A stretch of 64,000 bases of DNA from a virus (lineage: Duplodnaviria; Caudoviricetes): IMG/VR virus record IMGVR_UViG_3300046804_003398; one strand, given 5' to 3'. Every line of letters starts with the position of its first letter. Within the stretch, counting starts at the first letter, position 1. Positions 45,936 through 55,802 of the stretch are shown here, piece by piece. The notes under the pieces were generated by a model. That model had not been told where the DNA came from, made no database searches, and worked only from the letters and a program-made list of their open reading frames with translations. The translations under genes were made by a program, and so were the position numbers.

Positions 45936-46127
45936 TCAATCCTCGTTGGTTCGATAAATCACCTTTTCAACAATAATTCCCTTTTTGCTAGACTTGGGTC
46001 CATACAAAGCGCCATATTGATTTTTGCTGGTAATATACGCAATCAAATCATTCTTGATGTTGTCAGCATCCGCTTCATCAAAATTCGGCGGTAAATTAAT
46101 AGTTAAATAATATTTTGGTTTGCTCAT
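45936..46127 (-). CDS. Hypothetical protein
   Basis: 63 aa ORF in operon. Confidence 0.6.
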   Translation of the reverse strand: MSKPKYYLTINLPPNFDEADADNIKNDLIAYITSKNQYGALYGPKSSKKGIIVEKVIYRTNED

Positions 46128-46134
46128 AAATTTT

Positions 46135-46338
46135 TTACCAGTGATGTATAATGTTCGCTATAATAAACGCACACGTAATGAAGTTTACCACCACAATAAT
46201 AAACCTCAAGAAAAAACTAGCCAAAGCATACTTCACAGGCAACACCGGAACATCCGGCTTACACTCATCGGTATGCCCAACACGATGATCAATAGTTCGT
46301 GCCAATATCAAAAAAAACTTGTTGGTCAATATGCTCAT
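46135..46338 (-). CDS. Hypothetical membrane protein
   Basis: TATTTAT upstream; hydrophobic C-terminus. Confidence 0.55.
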   Translation of the reverse strand: MSILTNKFFLILARTIDHRVGHTDECKPDVPVLPVKYALASFFLRFIIVVVNFITCAFIIANIIHHW

Positions 46339-46408
46339 TCAGTATAAATAAAATAATACCACAACGCAATAAAATATATCAATAATCCAATTGTTATCAA
46401 TAACCCAT

Positions 46409-46831
46409 TCATCCCCACAAATCACCATAATACAAACCCAATAACCTACAACCACGCTTGTATCGGTCCACATCAGACCTAAACTTATTCATATACTCAC
46501 TAATATACTGCTGCTCACCATGACTAGGTATGCTGCCAATCATATCACGACCAATACCACAATCATACTTCAAAGCATATATAATGTCATCCAATATCAT
46601 TCCCCACTCACTCACATCCATCGTTCCAACCTCCTCACCCACTTCATTCAATCGCAACGGTATTCGCGTCAATTCATTCAAATTCATACGCATAAACTCT
46701 AACCTGGGTAACATATACTCACTAAATATCACATTGCACCGCATCAACCCACCACGATCAATACCATACCTACGCCGCAACCGATAATCAATAACCCAAT
46801 TCTTAATACGATCAATAATCATAATATTCAT
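46409..46831 (-). CDS. Hypothetical phage protein
   Basis: W..ILDDIIYAL...G..LLGLYYGDLW pattern. Confidence 0.65.
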   Translation of the reverse strand: MNIMIIDRIKNWVIDYRLRRRYGIDRGGLMRCNVIFSEYMLPRLEFMRMNLNELTRIPLRLNEVGEEVGTMDVSEWGMILDDIIYALKYDCGIGRDMIGSIPSHGEQQYISEYMNKFRSDVDRYKRGCRLLGLYYGDLWG

Positions 46832-46837
46832 ATAAAT

Positions 46838-47125
46838 TCAACGCTTGTTTCGATACACATATATACACACCACCATCAACATATTCAATATTAATCCAAT
46901 AATACTGTTAACATAATTAAAGACTCCATGCACATTCAAATTATAATAATAACTCAATACACACATTTGACCAAATACACCACACAACCATAACCAATAA
47001 CTGTTGTTGTAACTGCTTTTGTTCTTAACAATAGTATACAACTGAAAAAATGGAGCCACATTAAACAATAACGTAAACCCCACCCCAAATACATCCGCCA
47101 TCTGCTGATTGTTATTCATACCCAC
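46838..47125 (-). CDS. PQ-loop / SemiSWEET-like membrane protein
   Basis: Three TM helices; APFFQLYTIVKNKSS resembles the PQ-loop motif. Confidence 0.6.
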   Translation of the reverse strand: MGMNNNQQMADVFGVGFTLLFNVAPFFQLYTIVKNKSSYNNSYWLWLCGVFGQMCVLSYYYNLNVHGVFNYVNSIIGLILNMLMVVCIYVYRNKR

Positions 47126-47293
47126 CCACTATAACACAACACACCACACTTGTAAAGCACCATCCAATATCAATAATACAATAACAAGCATATGTGATTT
47201 TCCATATGAATTTTTTGACCACCTGCTAAACACACATATTTTATAAAAAAGTCAAAACAATACCCATTAAAAACGCTGCATCAAACACCCCAA

Positions 47294-47346
47294 TAAGCAT
47301 ATGTTGATTTCAAGCCCCCCACTAAGCATATGTTGTTTTCAAGCCC
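47294..47346. repeat. Two 24-bp direct repeats (one mismatch)
   Basis: taagcatatgttg(a/t)tttcaagccc at 47294-47317 and 47323-47346; partial copy near 47187. Confidence 0.85.
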
Positions 47347-47586
47347 TAAAATATACCATGTGTGTCAGGAAGCTCTCCACGCAGGGGTGCGCACGCACCG
47401 CCCCATATTCAGAACCCACTTGACAGGGGACCTGCCACCCCCTCCCCCGGTTGTTCTATATAAAAGGAGGGGCATATGCCACCCCATGCCGTCAATGTTT
47501 ATTTATGACCATACCCTGACGCACCCACCCCCCTGTGCGCATAAAAAAGACCTACCGGCTGTTGTGCCAGGTAGGTTGTGTGGATA

Positions 47587-48117
47587 TCAAGCCCACTCGG
47601 TGAACATGTTGGTCTGACCACTCCAAGGATAAGCCCAGCTGTAGCTGGTCATCTTGAGACTCACACTGGAACCACATCGGTTGATGCGTTTGGTGATGAG
47701 TTTGTCACCGATCTTGGTGATATCGGGAGTGCACTCACCTTGCATGTGACCAGTGTAAGTGCGGTTCTGACCCAGAGGACTGACGATGACCGATGCGTTC
47801 TTGACCTTGCGGACGACGTAGTAGTCGATGTTGGTTTGGTCATAGCCCCAACTACACACAAAGATGTCACCCACATTGACCTTGGGCATGGGTAGTTCCA
47901 CCTTGGTGACATCGGTTGCGTATGCATTGACGGTGTAGTAGGAATAGGGCAGACCACGGTCAACTGCGTTACAGAATAGGACACCACGACGAGTAGCCTT
48001 CCACACACGGAGTTGAGTGCCAGCGGGAACAACCACGGGGTTGGAGGATGAACCGACACGGATGTCCTTGTTGGTGGTAACGATGTCGTTCTTGCGGATC
48101 TTAGAGTTAGCGTTCAT
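47587..48117 (-). CDS. Hypothetical phage protein
   Basis: GDIFVCSWGYDQTNIDYYVV; own promoter. Confidence 0.8.
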   Translation of the reverse strand: MNANSKIRKNDIVTTNKDIRVGSSSNPVVVPAGTQLRVWKATRRGVLFCNAVDRGLPYSYYTVNAYATDVTKVELPMPKVNVGDIFVCSWGYDQTNIDYYVVRKVKNASVIVSPLGQNRTYTGHMQGECTPDITKIGDKLITKRINRCGSSVSLKMTSYSWAYPWSGQTNMFTEWA

Positions 48118-48164
48118 TGTTTAGATACTTTACCAGATTATTTTTAAGAAGTCAACACCTTTTT

Positions 48165-48353
48165 TTAATCGTTTGCAATCTCGACCACACCGATTCGATT
48201 GCCGTTGCTGTCAGTGAGAGGACGACGAATACCCGTGGTGTTCTCACTGTCGATGAGTGCGCCCTTGGCTCGAGCAAGAACTCGGGTGACTTCCATGAGG
48301 AAACTGTCTTCGAAGGCGGCGTTGTCGGTGTGAAACTCAATCTTGACGTTCAT
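48165..48353 (-). CDS. Hypothetical phage protein
   Basis: TDNAAF...DSNGNRIG; own promoter. Confidence 0.8.
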   Translation of the reverse strand: MNVKIEFHTDNAAFEDSFLMEVTRVLARAKGALIDSENTTGIRRPLTDSNGNRIGVVEIAND

Positions 48354-48544
48354 TGTGCAGCTACTTTACCAGACCCAGCCCAGACCACAAGCACTTTTTA
48401 TCAAAATTCATGTCAAGCAGAAAATGTTCTATGTGGAACAATTTGTATTTGACGTTTTAAGGGTGGTTTGATACCCTGGCCGACTCGACACACCCTTTAG
48501 CGAAAAAAACGGTTTGTAGACCCCTTTGCGCTACACTGTGACGA

Positions 48545-48925
48545 TTAGGCGACCACAATGTTCTGTCGTTCCCACATCACATCCATCAGAGCGAACCAGG
48601 CACCCTCTTCCCGACTAGGATGGTTCTCAACCGCCTTCTCCAATTCGTTGACGTATTCGGCGGTGACCTCATTCCAACCGAAACTAGCACATTGCCAGTA
48701 GCGACCGTTGACGCACACGATGTCGTTGACACACAGAGACCGCTTCTTGGAGTTGACAAACAGTTCCGATTCACATCCACTGCCGTGATTCCATTGAGCG
48801 AAGACCATTTCGAGCACATCGTGGGGATCGACCTCACCATCAGTCTTGATGATGAAGCCGGCGGTGAATTCGTCAGGATAGATGACATGGACGAGGTTGT
48901 TGGTCATAACGGAGGTAGCATTCAT
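48545..48925 (-). CDS. Hypothetical phage protein
   Basis: RSLCVNDIV motif; own promoter. Confidence 0.8.
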   Translation of the reverse strand: MNATSVMTNNLVHVIYPDEFTAGFIIKTDGEVDPHDVLEMVFAQWNHGSGCESELFVNSKKRSLCVNDIVCVNGRYWQCASFGWNEVTAEYVNELEKAVENHPSREEGAWFALMDVMWERQNIVVA

Positions 48926-48950
48926 TGTAGCAGCAGTGTATCAGCTTTTT

Positions 48951-49094
48951 TTAAGCAGTCAAGCACCAAAGCAGACCTGTGACGATGATCCAGCCCCAGC
49001 TGATCTTCTTTTCCCAGGCTAATTTAGCGATGAGCAGCATGGTGAAGGTGAAGCCAATCAGAAAGTTGGTGTCGAGGTGAAGGGTGATGTTCAT
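48951..49094 (-). CDS. Small membrane protein (47 aa)
   Basis: Manual translation MNITLHLDTNFLIGFTFTMLLIAKLAWEKKISWGWIIVTGLLWCLTA. Confidence 0.6.
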   Translation of the reverse strand: MNITLHLDTNFLIGFTFTMLLIAKLAWEKKISWGWIIVTGLLWCLTA

Positions 49095-49097
49095 GGT

Positions 49098-49334
49098 TTA
49101 GTGGATGGTAGCGACGGCGGACGGAGCGTTCTTGATGTGGACGAAGTAGCACTCGTTTTTATCGGAATTCCATCCACTGTGAACAAAGTCACGACCTTCG
49201 TAAGTGAGCACCTTGTTGACCAGCTTCTTGACATCATCCCAGCCGTTGGGAACACTGAAGGTGAGAAACTCACGGTTTTCGAAAGCGGTGTGGGTGACGG
49301 CGATCTTGTTGGTGGCGATAGAAGCAGCGTTCAT
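49098..49334 (-). CDS. Hypothetical phage protein
   Basis: Own promoter. Confidence 0.8.
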   Translation of the reverse strand: MNAASIATNKIAVTHTAFENREFLTFSVPNGWDDVKKLVNKVLTYEGRDFVHSGWNSDKNECYFVHIKNAPSAVATIH

Positions 49335-49368
49335 TGTGCAGCTAGGTTACCTTGGATTTTGAAAAAAG

Positions 49369-49545
49369 TCAAGCGGTTTTCTTCAAAAAACGCTCGTATT
49401 CGGTCCAGTAGTTGGCAAAGGTATTCTTGAGCTTTTGAAAGTTGGTTTCATCTGCTAGACGGCACAACAGAGCAAGTTGCTTGACAAAGCTGCCACCGTA
49501 GGTTTGCATTGCTTCAAGGATTTGATAATCGTGATCGGTTTTCAT
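49369..49545 (-). CDS. Hypothetical phage protein (58 aa)
   Basis: Manual translation MKTDHDYQILEAMQTYGGSFVKQLALLCRLADETNFQKLKNTFANYWTEYERFLKKTA; own promoter. Confidence 0.8.
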   Translation of the reverse strand: MKTDHDYQILEAMQTYGGSFVKQLALLCRLADETNFQKLKNTFANYWTEYERFLKKTA

Positions 49546-50567
49546 TGTGGAAATAGATTACCCTAGAGGATTTGGAAAGTCAACAACAAGTTTCACGATT
49601 TCACCCACGCTCCTTGACGGATGGCGGTATGTTCCCTGCGAGCTTACCACGAATTGAACGTGGACCCCCGGGTATACCGGTGTGCGTCTCCTTTTACAAC
49701 CAACAAGCTCGGCGTCTATGTGTTATCTTGTTATCTGAATATTAGTAGAGGGACTTGAACCCACCGTTTCTCATATCGTGATCAGCGACAATCGTAACGT
49801 CAGCCTGATACCTTTACTCAAAAAACTTGTTGGTAGTTAATTCTACTAGATTAGTTTGCTTTTACAAGCCTTTACTTCATCCGCCTCCCCGTAAAAGGAG
49901 ATTCAACAAAAAACATTTGGTTGATGGCAGAGTCCCAAATTTCTCTGCTTTATAGATGTTGGATTGGCCTAGAACCTCATCAACCAATTTGATTTTTACT
50001 GTTGTGTAGATTGGTTACTACATCTCTCCGATTTTACGGGGCTCTAGGTTTAAGCTAACAACAGATATTCAATCAAATTATAAAATTGGTTTGTTAGCTT
50101 CAATGTCCGCATATAACTGCCTGTATTATACCCCTACTGTTCGATTACCGACAATCGTGTCGGCATCATTCTCCGTCTACTCATATAATACCATCTATAA
50201 CTAACAAATTTAGTTTCTGGGTTGCTAGTCGTATTCCTTCCGGTCCCATCAACTGAAAATATCTTATCAGATTTCTCTGACTTGTAAAGAACTTTTTCTA
50301 AAAATCGTCCGGTTTTGATTGTTTGGTCAGCAGGTCCGGTTCCCATTTCCCCAGCGGCATTACCAGTCGCCCCATGCTCGGCACCCGAAGGTTCATAGAC
50401 TGGCACTCTCTAGGTTAGCTGTGAGTTAACTCGGTTGCATCACACCTAATTTATTCTGCAATGCTTTGGGACAGGCTTTCCGTCTTCCACCCACTAGGCT
50501 ATGGGTTCTTCCGAATCAACTCTGAAAATATCTTACCACCACCCCACCCGAAAGTCAACCACTTTTT

Positions 50568-50750
50568 TTACTTTTCTTCAACCCGATAATGAAACTTGAT
50601 CGCTTCGTTAACCAGGCAGTCATAACAACGAGTTGCAGCCCAGTTTGGGATGTAGTGGCATTGAACATTCGTGTCACCACATTGGGGACATTCCTCTTGC
50701 CAACTATCTTCCACTTCAACCTCGGCGTTATCAGCATCAATCAGTTTCAT
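50568..50750 (-). CDS. Small zinc-finger-like protein
   Basis: CPQC...CYDC; own promoter. Confidence 0.7.
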   Translation of the reverse strand: MKLIDADNAEVEVEDSWQEECPQCGDTNVQCHYIPNWAATRCYDCLVNEAIKFHYRVEEK

Positions 50751-50827
50751 CGTGGAAATATCCTACCAGCTTTTTTTAAGAAGTCAAGGGGTTTTCCAGG
50801 CTGACCCCCAACCTTTTTTAGTGTTAA

Positions 50828-51472
50828 TTACTCCTCCTCAACACACATTCCCACACCCTCACGAACAATGATACCTTCATCACTGTCCCACTCATAATCA
50901 TTATCCTCAATGATCTCACCATCCTGAATAAGCTGACTACCAACAAACCCACCACCCTCATCAGCAAACTCATGAAAAAACTCAAGGGTAGGATAGTTCT
51001 TACTAATACGTTCCCAAGCATTAGTCACAGGACTCCAAGCAGTCATGTAAAAGATACCAGCACTACTAAGACCATCATCCTCAACCTCAGTGATATCCCA
51101 CTCAGTCTCATCATACACACCCCACTTGCTACCATAGTTACTAATAGCCCAGTCATACCAGTTGTCAACACCATACTTAGCCTTGTAACTGTCACTCTGT
51201 TCCCTAGTAATACCCAAACCAAAAGGCTTGTCTTTATCAAACGAACTGACATTACCAGCCTCCTTAGCAACCTTCCAGTCAGCCCACTGCTTATCAATCT
51301 CGGCCTGGGTCATGATCTTCACAGGCGATGACACCATACGAAGCTCACTAGGCATAGGCAACAGACTATCCAAATTCAGCACACTATCATTACCAGCAGC
51401 ATCCTTGATAAACCGCTTAACTTCAGCGGTAGGGCCGGTGATACGAAAATTAGTAGAAACGTGATTAGGCAT
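50828..51472 (-). CDS. DUF1281 / ferredoxin-like domain protein
   Basis: MPNHVSTNFRITG...WYDWAISNYGSKWG...TAWSP. Confidence 0.8.
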   Translation of the reverse strand: MPNHVSTNFRITGPTAEVKRFIKDAAGNDSVLNLDSLLPMPSELRMVSSPVKIMTQAEIDKQWADWKVAKEAGNVSSFDKDKPFGLGITREQSDSYKAKYGVDNWYDWAISNYGSKWGVYDETEWDITEVEDDGLSSAGIFYMTAWSPVTNAWERISKNYPTLEFFHEFADEGGGFVGSQLIQDGEIIEDNDYEWDSDEGIIVREGVGMCVEEE

Positions 51473-51491
51473 ATTATGTTAATTCTGTTAT

Positions 51492-51614
51492 TTAGATATT
51501 CGTGATAGCAACAACCAACTTGGTTCGACGAAAGACAAACTCAGCATATCGCTTGGCTTCATCCAACGTGTGAAACTTAGCACCCTTCTTACCAAACCAA
51601 ACCTTGTATTTCAT
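51492..51614 (-). CDS. Small hypothetical protein (40 aa)
   Basis: Manual translation MKYKVWFGKKGAKFHTLDEAKRYAEFVFRRTKLVVAITNI; own promoter. Confidence 0.65.
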   Translation of the reverse strand: MKYKVWFGKKGAKFHTLDEAKRYAEFVFRRTKLVVAITNI

Positions 51615-51661
51615 TGTGGAAGCAGTCTACACCAACCAACACCCAAAGTCAACACCTTTTT

Positions 51662-51913
51662 TTAACCAACCACAGCGACCGTGGCATTGCTCATCTCAAC
51701 CGCCCACCAAACATGGTTCATCGCCTCCTTCTTAGAAACAGCATGACCAAGGAAGCGAGCCTCAGCACCCACACCAAAATACATGCGCCAGAAGTTCTTA
51801 CTGCACCGAGTGTCAACAGGTTTGTCAATCATGCCAACAGGCTCACCCGCCTCGTTGAAAGCCACGTGAAGGTTGGGGACGGTGCTCTTGATCTTGTTCC
51901 AAGTGATATTCAT
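51662..51913 (-). CDS. Hypothetical phage protein
   Basis: Own promoter. Confidence 0.75.
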   Translation of the reverse strand: MNITWNKIKSTVPNLHVAFNEAGEPVGMIDKPVDTRCSKNFWRMYFGVGAEARFLGHAVSKKEAMNHVWWAVEMSNATVAVVG

Positions 51914-51959
51914 TGTGCAGCTAGTCTACAGGTTTACACGAAGAAGTCAACACCTTTTT

Positions 51960-52142
51960 TTAAGCTTCCTCAACCTCATCCACGATGCCTGCTTCATCCA
52001 CCTCAAAGCTACTTTCCAGATACTCACCGTCGGAAGGAAGCGGTGCATCATACGCCATATTGATTGCGCCAACCAATGATTCGGCCTGAACCTCAACATG
52101 ACCGATCATCTGCCAAACCACGGGAATTCGATAGGTTTTCAT
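51960..52142 (-). CDS. Hypothetical acidic protein
   Basis: 60 aa, ATG start. Confidence 0.7.
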   Translation of the reverse strand: MKTYRIPVVWQMIGHVEVQAESLVGAINMAYDAPLPSDGEYLESSFEVDEAGIVDEVEEA

Positions 52143-52172
52143 TATTTAATAATTTGTCAGAGTTTAAACTAA

Positions 52173-52517
52173 TCAACGGGTATAAATGTAAGTAGTCACA
52201 ATATCAGGATGAGGATGACTGTATCCATGAACAACAGCAACAGTATCAATACCATTAGCACGATTCTGTTTCACATAGTTAATGATAGCAACCATCTCAT
52301 TCTGCCACGCAACCAATCCCTCAAACCGTTTATTGTATGATTGACGACAACCAAACCGTTTACCACTATTGACATACCCATTCTTAATTGCACTACGATA
52401 AGTCATAGTAACACCCTTCAAACGAGGATTCAAATAGTCAAGGTTAAACTGAATAGTGTCCCTGCGAGGATAAGTGTAAGGAGGAGTAACAGTAACAGTC
52501 ATAGTCTCAGTATTCAT
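52173..52517 (-). CDS. Hypothetical phage protein
   Basis: Own promoter. Confidence 0.75.
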   Translation of the reverse strand: MNTETMTVTVTPPYTYPRRDTIQFNLDYLNPRLKGVTMTYRSAIKNGYVNSGKRFGCRQSYNKRFEGLVAWQNEMVAIINYVKQNRANGIDTVAVVHGYSHPHPDIVTTYIYTR

Positions 52518-52550
52518 TGTGCAGCCAGTCTACCAGCTTTTTATCGAATG

Positions 52551-52769
52551 TCAAGCACTACACCTGCCGAATTTCGAGATTTCTTCCAGCACCCGCATCG
52601 CCTCACCCAGAGTGAAGACCTGGAAAAACAACTCATGATCCCCACGATACAACAACCACCGAGTCGAATTCGGCCGGGACGTATCCTCAACCACATACCC
52701 CATCAGCACATCACGGTCAACCAAAGCGGTAGCCATCGTGCCTCGAATTTCAGTTTTGGTCCATCTCAT
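52551..52769 (-). CDS. Hypothetical phage protein
   Basis: Own promoter. Confidence 0.7.
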   Translation of the reverse strand: MRWTKTEIRGTMATALVDRDVLMGYVVEDTSRPNSTRWLLYRGDHELFFQVFTLGEAMRVLEEISKFGRCSA

Positions 52770-52803
52770 TGTGGAAATATCCTATCAGACTTTTTTTAAT
52801 CTG

Positions 52804-53109
52804 TCAAGCCATAATCAGGCTGTCCATCCGACAATATTCAGCACCCTCCTTGGGTTCCCAGTAGAGATCCCGTTCGATCCTCATCCCAAACGGTCCACGG
52901 ATAGCCTCCAGACCCTCCACAGAGTCAATGCCACCCCACTCGACACATCCCATGCCCAGGTCAGCAAAGCCATAGAGGATACCATCTTCCATGCCAGTGA
53001 TCAACCAAGTAGCCCGTCCCCACGGAGTGAACAACTTGCAGATCGGCTTCATGTTGGCGTAGCCAGCCTTGGTCAACTTCTTCTTGAGTTCAGCAGTCAG
53101 TAGCTTCAT
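52804..53109 (-). CDS. DUF2958 domain protein
   Basis: KLFTPWGRATWLIT...YGFADLGMGCVEWG...IRGPFGMRIERDLYW. Confidence 0.85.
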   Translation of the reverse strand: MKLLTAELKKKLTKAGYANMKPICKLFTPWGRATWLITGMEDGILYGFADLGMGCVEWGGIDSVEGLEAIRGPFGMRIERDLYWEPKEGAEYCRMDSLIMA

Positions 53110-53212
53110 CGTTCAAATAGAATACCACACCCCAGTCAAAATACAAGCACTTTTTTTAAAAATCTTTTGCCTTGACAAACCCCCAGCCGCATCGTAGCGG
53201 CCGGAGGCCGGT

Positions 53213-53416
53213 TCAATCTTCGTCCCTCATGTCCTCGGTGAAGATTTCATCTTGACAAGTCTGGCAGAGGCCAGAGATGCCATACTCCTTGCGACTCAAC
53301 TGATCCCGAAACTCGGTCGCAGCCTTGCCACAAGACACACACTGAGCACCAGCCTTAGCCAGAGTGAAGCTACGGCCAAAGAACTCCATCGCCATTTGAT
53401 CCTTGAAAGTTTCCAT
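53213..53416 (-). CDS. Small zinc-finger-like protein
   Basis: CVSC...CQTCQD. Confidence 0.75.
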   Translation of the reverse strand: METFKDQMAMEFFGRSFTLAKAGAQCVSCGKAATEFRDQLSRKEYGISGLCQTCQDEIFTEDMRDED

Positions 53417-53439
53417 GTTGTTGATTGATTGGTTGTTGG

Positions 53440-53637
53440 TTAATAGTCCATGCCACGTTCCACAGCATCAGCACAGCTGTTGCAGATGGCATACTGAGGT
53501 TGAATCCGAACAGTGCGTTCACACCGCTTGCAAACCTTGGTCACGTTGGTCTTCTGACACTGATGGTAAAACGACACCATTTCAGAGTCGTCCATGTTGT
53601 CCCAGGTTCCGAAGTTGTCGTCGTAGTAGGTCTTCAT
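53440..53637 (-). CDS. Small zinc-finger-like protein
   Basis: CKRC...CNSC; own promoter. Confidence 0.75.
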   Translation of the reverse strand: MKTYYDDNFGTWDNMDDSEMVSFYHQCQKTNVTKVCKRCERTVRIQPQYAICNSCADAVERGMDY

Positions 53638-53685
53638 TGTCCAGCTAGGTTACACGAATAAGTTGAAGAAGTCAAGCACCTTTTT

Positions 53686-53988
53686 TTAGATGGCGACCAG
53701 ATTTCCGATGGTGAAAGTGACCGGGGTGAAGTAGGTCCGTTTCTTCTCGACCCAAGCCCGTTGTTGAGCACGACGTAGACCACGGGCGATGCGGTTACGG
53801 ATAGCCTCCTCCTTGCGGTAGGTGACCACCTGAGCCGACAACTCACGACCCCACTGGTCCAACTGGTTGTAGGTCAGTTCAGACCAGTTGGGACGAGGGC
53901 GAAACCCGTTGATCTCCTTGTGGGTGTCACTGATGAAGCCGATGAGGTCATCACGGGTAGGGACGAAAGGGACAGAATCAGTGTTCAT
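53686..53988 (-). CDS. Hypothetical phage protein
   Basis: ISDTHKEINGFRPR; own promoter. Confidence 0.8.
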   Translation of the reverse strand: MNTDSVPFVPTRDDLIGFISDTHKEINGFRPRPNWSELTYNQLDQWGRELSAQVVTYRKEEAIRNRIARGLRRAQQRAWVEKKRTYFTPVTFTIGNLVAI

Positions 53989-54035
53989 TGTGCAGTTAGA
54001 TTACAGGAATAAGTTGAAGAAGTCAACGATTTTTT

Positions 54036-54278
54036 TCAATAATCGTCGTCCTTGGGAAGATGCTCCAGATACGGAGCCTGATAGGTCGCACCACTCACTT
54101 GTGCCTTGGGATAGGCAGCCTTCGCCTCATCCAAAGTTTCAAAGTCGTCCATCCACACACGACGACGTTGACCAGCCAGCACACTGGACCGAGGATAGGT
54201 GCTGTGTTCGTAGACGGTCCACTTGTTGTTGCGGTAGGTGGCTCCGTTACCCTTTTCGATGGTCTGATAGACTTTCAT
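54036..54278 (-). CDS. Hypothetical phage protein
   Basis: Own promoter. Confidence 0.75.
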   Translation of the reverse strand: MKVYQTIEKGNGATYRNNKWTVYEHSTYPRSSVLAGQRRRVWMDDFETLDEAKAAYPKAQVSGATYQAPYLEHLPKDDDY

Positions 54279-54392
54279 TGTGCAGCTACTTTACCACACC
54301 CCATTCAAAACACAAGCACTTTTTATCGAAAATCGCACCCGGCCGCAGGGGCAAAATACCCGGCTAAAACCAGGTATTTGCCTTGACTTGGA

Positions 54393-54929
54393 TCAAACGG
54401 TCTGATACACAACCATTGCCTTACCCCGTCCACCCTCCGGCTTAACTCGACCCACCTCCTTGACCTTGTTCTCCTTGATCAGCTTCTGAAGGCGAACATA
54501 CAGCACCGGCTGAGTCAACCCAGTCTCGGCAATCAGCATCTTCATCGTGAAGTCACCCTTGGGAAGCACCAGGCTCACCTTCTTGGACTTGCGACCACGA
54601 CGCTTTGGCTGTCCCGACTCACTCTTGACCATATCGACCAGCTCATCGAACTTGGCTTCGGCAGTGTCCAGATCCTTGGGACTCCAGGCAGTTTTGCCCC
54701 AGACATGAGCACCGGGGTAGCGCTCGTAGTCTTCCTCTACCACCTTGCCACCAGGCAGCTTCTTGCCTGCCTTGACGGTCTTGATGACAAACACCTCGTA
54801 GCCGAAGTGGCTGTTGTCTGGGCGGATTCGCTCATACAGAGCAACACCGTTTTCCTTACGTAGCTGACGAAAGGTATGGTTACCAGTGCTGTCAGCGTTC
54901 ATCACAAACTCCTTCTCAAGTGTCTTCAT
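54393..54929 (-). CDS. Two-domain protein with C-terminal winged helix
   Basis: KRRGRK...FTMKML...GGRGKAMVVY. Confidence 0.7.
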   Translation of the reverse strand: MKTLEKEFVMNADSTGNHTFRQLRKENGVALYERIRPDNSHFGYEVFVIKTVKAGKKLPGGKVVEEDYERYPGAHVWGKTAWSPKDLDTAEAKFDELVDMVKSESGQPKRRGRKSKKVSLVLPKGDFTMKMLIAETGLTQPVLYVRLQKLIKENKVKEVGRVKPEGGRGKAMVVYQTV

Positions 54930-54985
54930 CGTCTGAATACTCTACCAGGTTATGGAGCAAAGTCAACGGTTAGTTCAAGCTTTTT

Positions 54986-55366
54986 TTATCGGCTTGACAT
55001 GGAATATTCGTTGACATACTTGCCGGAGTTTGCGAGCTTGATCTCGTCAGTCTCGTCGGCAACCACTACGTCCTGAAACACGCCAACCTCCTTGTTGATG
55101 GAGTGAAGAAACTCAATCTTGGCGTTGTAGAGGGCAATAGCCTCTGGAGTAGGAGTAGGAAGCTCGTTCACCACGGCATCCAGCTCTTCGTCGGTCAGTT
55201 CAGGAAACGGATTGTAATCAGCGTCGATGTTGTTCATGTTGGGAATACGGTTAGGGTTGAGGTTTTGATCTTGAGTCCAGTTTCTCCAGTTGTTACACAC
55301 CTTGAGAACGTCAATGTGCGTGTCAACACCAGGAGCTGTCTGCCAAGAGACTACACCAATTTTCAT
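54986..55366 (-). CDS. Hypothetical protein
   Basis: 126 aa ORF. Confidence 0.7.
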   Translation of the reverse strand: MKIGVVSWQTAPGVDTHIDVLKVCNNWRNWTQDQNLNPNRIPNMNNIDADYNPFPELTDEELDAVVNELPTPTPEAIALYNAKIEFLHSINKEVGVFQDVVVADETDEIKLANSGKYVNEYSMSSR

Positions 55367-55383
55367 TGTGGGTCCAGCTTATT

Positions 55384-55590
55384 TTAGTTCTTGGTGTCAG
55401 CCTCGGCTTCGACAGCTTCGTCACGCTTGGGGAACTTGACGTTGTTCATACCGTCGAGACTGAACAGCCCCAACAGCAGATACAGTGTGGACACCTCGGT
55501 GTTGCTGAAGTTCAGAATTGAAGCAGTGAAACACAGAAACGGACAGGCGATGGTGGCGATTGTAGCGATCCAGCTAATGTAATACTTCAT
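55384..55590 (-). CDS. Small membrane protein
   Basis: Two hydrophobic helices. Confidence 0.65.
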   Translation of the reverse strand: MKYYISWIATIATIACPFLCFTASILNFSNTEVSTLYLLLGLFSLDGMNNVKFPKRDEAVEAEADTKN

Positions 55591-55615
55591 GATGTTTTTG
55601 GGTTAGTTGTTGTGG

Positions 55616-55729
55616 TTAGTCCTCGAAACGATTACCCCACTTGTTTTTGCGGGAGTAGTGTTTTTGAGAGTTTTTGATCTTGGTGACCGGCTTGAGATCA
55701 CCCCAAGTTTTGCGAACCTTGATCTTCAT
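55616..55729 (-). CDS. Small basic protein (37 aa)
   Basis: Manual translation MKIKVRKTWGDLKPVTKIKNSQKHYSRKNKWGNRFED; own promoter. Confidence 0.65.
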   Translation of the reverse strand: MKIKVRKTWGDLKPVTKIKNSQKHYSRKNKWGNRFED

Positions 55730-55802
55730 CGTGAGAACAGAATACCACAGGGAGTTGATTCTGTCAAGCCCCCTTGGTCAGATTTCGTAGCAATCGCTCA
55801 GC

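Noticed and set aside
47294-47346. Direct repeats read as promoters
   Set aside because: A TTGAAA -35-like hexamer is present on the minus strand but there is no -10 box at 16-18 nt.
50134-50406. 90 aa minus-strand ORF
   Set aside because: Not called: it spans an internal promoter cassette and has no recognisable motif; it remains possible.
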